Below are positions 59,001 through 64,000 of a stretch of DNA of 64,000 bases, one piece after another. Below the pieces are notes generated by a model. The model was given only the letters and a program-made list of their open reading frames with translations, ran no database searches and was not told where the DNA came from. Source of the stretch: a phage; sequence record PZ496581.1; one strand, given 5' to 3'. How positions within the stretch are numbered: position 1 is the first letter of the stretch; every line of letters begins with the position of its first letter. A program made the translations under genes and the position numbers.

Positions 59001-59158
59001 AACTTCCATCGGAACGACGTAAACTGATGAGCCCATTATTTGATGCGTCCGGAACAACATTCTCTAGATTTAGAGATTTGGTTGAACAACGGTTAATCGA
59101 TAATGTAGGAAATCCAAGAGACCCCGTGAATCCACCACAGGTTAAATTAGATGAATGA
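56063..59158 (+). CDS. 7: baseplate wedge protein gp7
   Basis: 1031 aa; ATGA overlap with gp6 stop. Confidence 0.9.
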   Translation: MTVKAPAVTSLRISKLSANQVQIRWDDVGANFYYFVEIAETKTADGGIIPPASYRWINLGYTPNSNWFESSLDPLTSYIIRVSTAAEGFERSDWVYTEIFESFQTNAYTFQHMIEMQLANTFIREKFTNNNMAYVDFNNDTIMAALMNESFQFSPAYADISSIKNFIIGENEYHEIQGSIQQVCHDINRVYLMESEGILYLFERYQPVVKVSNDKGQTWKLVKLFNDRVGYPVSRTVYYQSDYTTYVLGYDKLFYGRKSTDVRWSADDVRFSSQDITFAKVGDQLNLGFDVEIFGNYASLPANVSRIAEAIVCNDDYVYVAARDKVRFIKTSNAPIDSDPLSPTYSERLFEQETFNITGNPKAVCYKMDSVGGKIFALIIGEVVNLNDDPRTTPIVDSADKGVYVLDHDAGTFKRVFGNTEERRRIEPGYTSMSTDGVELSISSSNFKFLESDIVDDPKTQIKYGLIGAVKYEYPREWLADKHYHMMAFISTEDSQWESFTPQPMEYYAEPFFSYSRKSGTRCWINNSDKAVVIYSDLLYTKVIENHPLSSSNREVHEYWKDGDCTIVMPNVDFTGFKKYASGMIFYKSSGEIISYYDFSYRVRDNVSIIWKPTNIFLTASLQNQEKDTTWTPVEENGIADPDLRPLLTTMMPESYLLDNTNFEAFCEAYIQYLSDGYGTHYNNLLNLIKNQYPREEHAWEYLWSEIYKRNIYLNAEKRDLVSRFFESRSYDFYSTKGTEASYKFLFKVLYNEDVEIEIESSSGTEYDIIIESDSLTEDLVGQTIYTATGRCNVTYIERSYSKGKLQWTVTIHNLLGRLIQGQEVKAERLPGFEGEIVRGIKGKELSQNNIDYINRGRAYYVMKIKSKLPSSRWKSDVLRFVHPVGFGFIAITLLTMFINTGLTLKHVETIINKYKNYKWDSGLPTKYADRVAKLDPQGNVEFNPITGEAIYEIGPMAGQDYPLPEDYNAENNNSIFQGQLPSERRKLMSPLFDASGTTFSRFRDLVEQRLIDNVGNPRDPVNPPQVKLDE

Positions 59159-60155
59159 TTCAAGTGTTATCTATCGTGCAATAGTTACATCAAAATTTAG
59201 AACAGAGAAAATGCTGAATTTTTACAATTCAGTTGGGGATGGAGACGATAAGAACTCCATTTATATTACATTTGGGCGTTCAGAGCCTTGGGCGTCAAAT
59301 GAAAATGAGGTGGGCTTCGCCCCACCTTATCCTACAGATTCTGTTCTTGGTGTTACTGATATGTGGACCCATATGATGGGCACCGTTAAAGTTTTACCTT
59401 CAATGTTAGATTCTGTTATTCCTAGACGTGATTGGGGAGATGTGCGATATCCAGACCCTTACACGTTTAGAATTAACGATATAGTCGCATGTAATACTGC
59501 TCCGTACAACGCGACAGAAGTTGGAGCCGGTTGGTTAATTTACCGTTGTTTAGATGTCCCTGACGTAGGGCTCTGTTCAATAGAATCTTTAGATAATAAA
59601 GATGAATGTCTTAAATTAGGTGGTAAATGGACTCCGTCTGTTCGTTCTATGTCTCCTCCTGAAGGCAGAGGCGATGCTAATGGGGTTATCGAAACCGGTG
59701 ATGGATATATTTGGGAATATCTTTATGAGATTCCTGCCGATGTGTCAATTAACCGTTGCACTAATGAATATCTTGTAGTTCCATGGCCGGAAGAAATTAA
59801 AGAAGACCCCACCCGTTGGGGATATGAAAATAACTTAACTTGGCAACAAGATGACTACGGCTTGATTTACCGTGTTAAAGCCAATACGATGCGGTTTAAA
59901 GCATATTTTGATTCTGTTTATTTCCCTGAGGCAGCTTTGCCTGGTAACAAGGGTTTTAGACAGATATCAATTATCGCAAACCCGTTAGAAGCTAAGAAAA
60001 ATCCAAATGACCCTAATGTTAAAGCAGAAAAGGATTATTACGACCCTAGAGACCTGCAGCGTCATTCTGGTGAAATGATTTATATGGAAAACCGACCACC
60101 TGTTATTATGGCAATGGACCAAACAGAAGAAATTAACATTTTGTTTATGTTTTAA
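59151..60155 (+). CDS. 8: baseplate wedge protein gp8
   Basis: 334 aa, matches T4 gp8 length and position. Confidence 0.9.
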   Translation: MNDSSVIYRAIVTSKFRTEKMLNFYNSVGDGDDKNSIYITFGRSEPWASNENEVGFAPPYPTDSVLGVTDMWTHMMGTVKVLPSMLDSVIPRRDWGDVRYPDPYTFRINDIVACNTAPYNATEVGAGWLIYRCLDVPDVGLCSIESLDNKDECLKLGGKWTPSVRSMSPPEGRGDANGVIETGDGYIWEYLYEIPADVSINRCTNEYLVVPWPEEIKEDPTRWGYENNLTWQQDDYGLIYRVKANTMRFKAYFDSVYFPEAALPGNKGFRQISIIANPLEAKKNPNDPNVKAEKDYYDPRDLQRHSGEMIYMENRPPVIMAMDQTEEINILFMF

Positions 60156-60158
60156 TTA

Positions 60159-60182
60159 GGGAGCCTTCGGGCTCCCATTTTT
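60159..60182 (+). terminator. rho-independent terminator after gene 8 (GGGAGCC-UUCG-GGCUCCC plus AUUUUUG)
   Basis: Hairpin with U-tract directly after gp8 stop. Confidence 0.7.
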
Positions 60183-60187
60183 GTATC

Positions 60188-60195
60188 TATAAATA
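60188..60195 (+). promoter_or_regulatory. late promoter TATAAATA for gene 9
   Basis: TATAAATA 33 nt upstream of gp9 ATG. Confidence 0.65.
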
Positions 60196-60227
60196 GAATA
60201 TAATATCGGACAACAAAAGGCAGAATT

Positions 60228-61100
60228 ATGGCATTTTTTAAGCAAACTCCTAAACAATTAATCGATACCGGCGAAATTGGTAATGCCTCAACAGGTGATA
60301 TCTTATTCGACGGTGGTAATAAAATAAATGACGATATCAACGCTATTTACAATGCATTTGGCGATCAACGTAAAATGGCCGTAGCAGATGGAACCGGACC
60401 TACAGGTCAAACTATTCATGCCACAGGTTATTATCAAAAAGGAAAGGCGGTCGATTATCAAACTCCTATTAAACCAGGCACTATGCATGATATTGATGCT
60501 TCTGATGGCGGTGTGATTGTTATTATTGACCGTCCTGAATTAGGTGACTCTGTAGAATTCATAAACTCTAATGGGTCTATTTCTGTTAACAATCCTTTAA
60601 GTATCCAACTAACCGATGGTTCAATTAAAGGTGTTCTTAATAATCTTGTTATTTCCATCCCTTATACCCATGTTGTTCTTCGTTGTGTTGAACTTAATGG
60701 GACAACTTCAGTATGGAATTATTCTACTGATAGCATGTTTGGGCAGAAAGAATCTCCTGTCGATGGTACTTGGAGTCTTACAGGAAACACAGTTTCTATT
60801 CCTCTGTTTTATCGCACAGATTATAACACGGCTAAATTGCTTGTTACATGCCAATCCGCTGACGGTAGAAAAATAAAAACATGCGAAATAAATATTCTAA
60901 TAGATACAATTAACTCAGAAGTTCTTTCTACCGAATTTGCAGTAATGCGAGTTGGTAATGTAGATGAAACCGACGAGATTGCTAATATTAGCTTTAGTAT
61001 TATTAACAACTTTGCTACTATGACGATTACATCCGATATTATTGGATTACGTTCAGCAGTTAAAATTATCTCAACTCAGAAAATTGGGGTCGCTCAATAA
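60228..61100 (+). CDS. 9: baseplate wedge / long-tail-fiber socket protein gp9
   Basis: 290 aa; position and size. Confidence 0.88.
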   Translation: MAFFKQTPKQLIDTGEIGNASTGDILFDGGNKINDDINAIYNAFGDQRKMAVADGTGPTGQTIHATGYYQKGKAVDYQTPIKPGTMHDIDASDGGVIVIIDRPELGDSVEFINSNGSISVNNPLSIQLTDGSIKGVLNNLVISIPYTHVVLRCVELNGTTSVWNYSTDSMFGQKESPVDGTWSLTGNTVSIPLFYRTDYNTAKLLVTCQSADGRKIKTCEINILIDTINSEVLSTEFAVMRVGNVDETDEIANISFSIINNFATMTITSDIIGLRSAVKIISTQKIGVAQ

Positions 61101-62905
61101 TGAAACAAAATATTAAAATTGGTAACGTCGTTGATGACGGACAAGGCGATTACCTTCGTCGAGGTGGTGAAAAAATAAATGAGAACTTTGACGAAATCTA
61201 TTATGAATTAGGTGATGGTGAAGTTCCTTATGCCGCTGGCGCATGGAAGACTTATGATGCGGCTGATGGTCTTAATCTTAAGGCTGCTTGGGGTAAATCT
61301 TATGCAATTAATACTACTTCTGGGCGAGTTTCGGTAAATCTTCCTAAAGGGACAATTGCAGACTATAATAAAGTTATTCGTGCTCGTGACGTATTTGCAA
61401 CTTGGAACATTAACCCTGTTACTTTAATTCCGGCAAACGGAGACACGATTAAAGGTTCTTCATCTCCGGTAGAAATTAACGTTCAGTTCTCTGATTTAGA
61501 ATTAGTTTATTGTGCTCCTGGACGTTGGGAATACATCAAGAACAAACAAATTGACAAAATAGTTAGCTCTGACATTAGTAATGTTGCTCGTAGAGAATAT
61601 CTGGTTGAAACCCAAGGTCAGACTGATTTCATGGATGTTTTTAACGGGACCTCTTATAACGTTAACAACATTCGCGTAAAACATCGTGGCAACGAATTGT
61701 ATTATGGTGATGTATTCAGTGATAATAGTGATTTTGGTTCTCCAGGCGCTAATCCTGGTGAACTGGTTGCACTTGATGGATTTAATATTAGATTACGCCA
61801 ACCATGTAATGTTGGAGACACTGTACAAATTGAGACATTCTTAGATGGTGTTTCTCAGTGGCGTAGTTCATATACTCGTCGCCAAGTTCGCATTTTAGAT
61901 AGTAAATTGACTGCTAAAAAGTCTATTGACGGAAGTATTTACGTCACTGATTTGAGTACATTCAGGTCTATTCCATTTACAGCATTTGGTATTAATCCTA
62001 CGGAACCACCTAACCCGAATTCTTTAGAAGTTCGCTTCAATGGTATTCTCCAAGAATTAGCTGGTACTGTTGGAACTCCTATTTTCCGTTGTGAAGGCGT
62101 GGATGCTGATTCTGAAGAGTCATGCGCTAATCTCGGTGGGACATGGACTCAATCGTATACAGATTACGCGATTGAATATACTGATAATATCCCTAGCGCA
62201 ATTCTGTTTGACCGTCAATTTGAAGACCAAGACATTATTACCATCACATGGTTTAATAACGATTTAGGAACTCTTCTTGAAATGGAAGAAATCCTTGATG
62301 TCGCTGACGAGAAATATGTTTCTCAAGGGTCTAACATTGAAATTACTGGTGACGTTGCATTAACCGATTTCGATAAAATTGGATGGCCTAATGTAGAACC
62401 TGTTCCTAAGTATGAACGTGAATTCTCGACTATCTCAGCAATATTTGATACAATTTATCCTGTCGGGACTATTTACGAAAATGCGGTTAACCCTAATAAT
62501 CCGGCCACTTATTTAGGTTTTGGTTCGTGGAAAATTTGGGGACAAGGCAAAGTATTAGCAGGTTGGAATGACGACGCGTCGGATCCTAATTTTGCATTAA
62601 ATAATAATGACCTTGACGTCAATGGTAACCCTACTCATACCGCAGGTGGTACCGTTGGTGTAACAACCATCACATTAGAAAATGCTGATTTACCAGCTAC
62701 ACAAACCGATGAAAAGATTCTTATTTCTGATGATAATGGTACAGTAATTATAGGCGGTTGCCAATATGACCCGGATGCAGAAGGTCCTATTTACACTAAA
62801 TATCGTGAAGACCATGCAAAGACTAATGGATCTCATGTTCCAGCGCGTTCTATAACTAATATTCAGCCATCTATAACTGTATACCGTTGGGTAAGGATTG
62901 CATAA
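61100..62905 (+). CDS. 10: baseplate wedge protein gp10
   Basis: 601 aa; TAATG overlap with gp9. Confidence 0.9.
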   Translation: MKQNIKIGNVVDDGQGDYLRRGGEKINENFDEIYYELGDGEVPYAAGAWKTYDAADGLNLKAAWGKSYAINTTSGRVSVNLPKGTIADYNKVIRARDVFATWNINPVTLIPANGDTIKGSSSPVEINVQFSDLELVYCAPGRWEYIKNKQIDKIVSSDISNVARREYLVETQGQTDFMDVFNGTSYNVNNIRVKHRGNELYYGDVFSDNSDFGSPGANPGELVALDGFNIRLRQPCNVGDTVQIETFLDGVSQWRSSYTRRQVRILDSKLTAKKSIDGSIYVTDLSTFRSIPFTAFGINPTEPPNPNSLEVRFNGILQELAGTVGTPIFRCEGVDADSEESCANLGGTWTQSYTDYAIEYTDNIPSAILFDRQFEDQDIITITWFNNDLGTLLEMEEILDVADEKYVSQGSNIEITGDVALTDFDKIGWPNVEPVPKYEREFSTISAIFDTIYPVGTIYENAVNPNNPATYLGFGSWKIWGQGKVLAGWNDDASDPNFALNNNDLDVNGNPTHTAGGTVGVTTITLENADLPATQTDEKILISDDNGTVIIGGCQYDPDAEGPIYTKYREDHAKTNGSHVPARSITNIQPSITVYRWVRIA

Positions 62906-63564
62906 TGACTGTACTTAATACAAAGGCGGGAGTTATTTCCCGTCATGCTGATTTTTTGAATTACAGAAAAAATCCAGCTCAAATTGATGTTTTAAACAAC
63001 CAAGCTGTAGGTTCCGTGACTATTTCTCAGTTAGCTCGCGGTTTTTATGATGCTAACGTAGAATCTGCAATAAATGATGTCCATAATATGGCACGAGCTG
63101 ATATTGGTACTGTTGTCACAAACACTTCAGGCGTATCGCCTGAAGGTACAGCACAAGTTGATTATTGGACTTTTTCTGGTGATGTTCTCGACGATACTTT
63201 GGCCCCTGGAACGCCAGTCGTTATTAACGTATTTGGACTTGCTGTTAAAGCAACAATTGGTATGACTGATAACGAATTAACTGCGCAAGTTCGTATAGCT
63301 TTACAAGAAGCCATTGCTAATCAAATCGCTATTTCTTCTTATAAAGACCATCCGTCTGAAGGTAATAAACTTCAGGTGACATATTTAGATAACCAACGTC
63401 ATGTGTTGCCAACATATGCTTCGTTTGGTGTAACAATTTCGCAAGAAATTTTGTCTGAAGCAAAATCCGGATACGGAACATGGAATTTATTGGGTGCCCA
63501 AACGGTTACTCTTGATAACCATAGTACTCCTACCGTTTTCTACCACTTTGTGAGAGCCTCATGA
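62905..63564 (+). CDS. 11: baseplate wedge / short-tail-fiber attachment protein gp11
   Basis: Start trimmed to [13 protein letters not shown]; about 219 aa. Confidence 0.88.
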   Translation: MTVLNTKAGVISRHADFLNYRKNPAQIDVLNNQAVGSVTISQLARGFYDANVESAINDVHNMARADIGTVVTNTSGVSPEGTAQVDYWTFSGDVLDDTLAPGTPVVINVFGLAVKATIGMTDNELTAQVRIALQEAIANQIAISSYKDHPSEGNKLQVTYLDNQRHVLPTYASFGVTISQEILSEAKSGYGTWNLLGAQTVTLDNHSTPTVFYHFVRAS

Positions 63565-64000
63565 GTAATAACAATACATACCAACACGTTTCAAACGAAT
63601 CCATTTACGTTGAATTCGACCCTACGGGGTCGAATTTTCCAGACACGGTCACTAATGTCCAAGCCGCATTAGCTGCTATTTCTCCTTCAGGTGTTAATGG
63701 TGTACCGGAAGCAACAACTACTACACCTGGAATTATTCAAATAGCTACTCCACAGGAAGTTATTGATGGATTAGATAATAGTAAAGCTGTTACTCCGGCA
63801 ACACTGAATGCTCGTCTACAATATCCTAATGCAACCGAAACTCAATATGGCTTAACTCGTTATGCTACTGAAGCCGAAGCAGTAACCGGAGTAATTGACG
63901 ATGCATCAATTACTCCGCTTAAATTGAATCAAAAAATAGACAATGTATTTCAGACAAAAGTGTCAACAGAAGCAACAAATGGTGTAATTAAAATTTCAAC
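63561..64000 (+). CDS. 12: short tail fiber gp12, N-terminal part (runs past window end)
   Basis: ATG 63561 overlapping gp11 stop; [27 protein letters not shown] as recalled for T4 gp12. Confidence 0.85.
   Translation, partial: MSNNNTYQHVSNESIYVEFDPTGSNFPDTVTNVQAALAAISPSGVNGVPEATTTTPGIIQIATPQEVIDGLDNSKAVTPATLNARLQYPNATETQYGLTRYATEAEAVTGVIDDASITPLKLNQKIDNVFQTKVSTEATNGVIKIS

Overview
This window reads as a T4-like (Tevenvirinae) phage genome segment; the gene 43 DNA polymerase is 903 aa and closely matches the RB69-type polymerase as I recall it (not verifiable here). Coordinates 1-50898 are a dense minus-strand early/middle block: a nucleotide-sugar biosynthesis cassette next to a dCMP-hydroxymethylase-like gene, then 43, regA, 62, 44, 45, rpbA, 46, 47, 55, nrdH/G/D, 49, nrdC, a roughly 10 kb accessory region, tk, regB, denV, lysozyme e, nudE, a tRNA cluster, 57B/57A, 1, 3, 2, 4. 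From 50960 the plus strand carries baseplate late genes 53, 5, 5.1, 5.4, 6-11 and the start of 12. The most interesting feature is the cassette at 1-6236 (SIS sugar-phosphate isomerase, HAD phosphatase, fused sugar-1-P nucleotidyltransferase/kinase, two unknown enzymes); I saw no T4-type alpha- or beta-glucosyltransferase, so I infer it drives a non-glucose hmC hypermodification such as arabinosylation. Other points of interest are a Pol-beta-type nucleotidyltransferase and AAA ATPase in the nrdC-tk accessory region, a macro-domain protein, a frameshifted GrcA-like gene, two freestanding homing-endonuclease-like genes, a family of capsid-targeted internal-protein genes, and early promoters whose spacers are inverted repeats of the downstream ribosome-binding sites. 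All calls come from reading the sequence and ORF translations; no database search was run. Several ORF-track starts are non-ATG and I trimmed them to the nearest ATG with a Shine-Dalgarno where I could see one.
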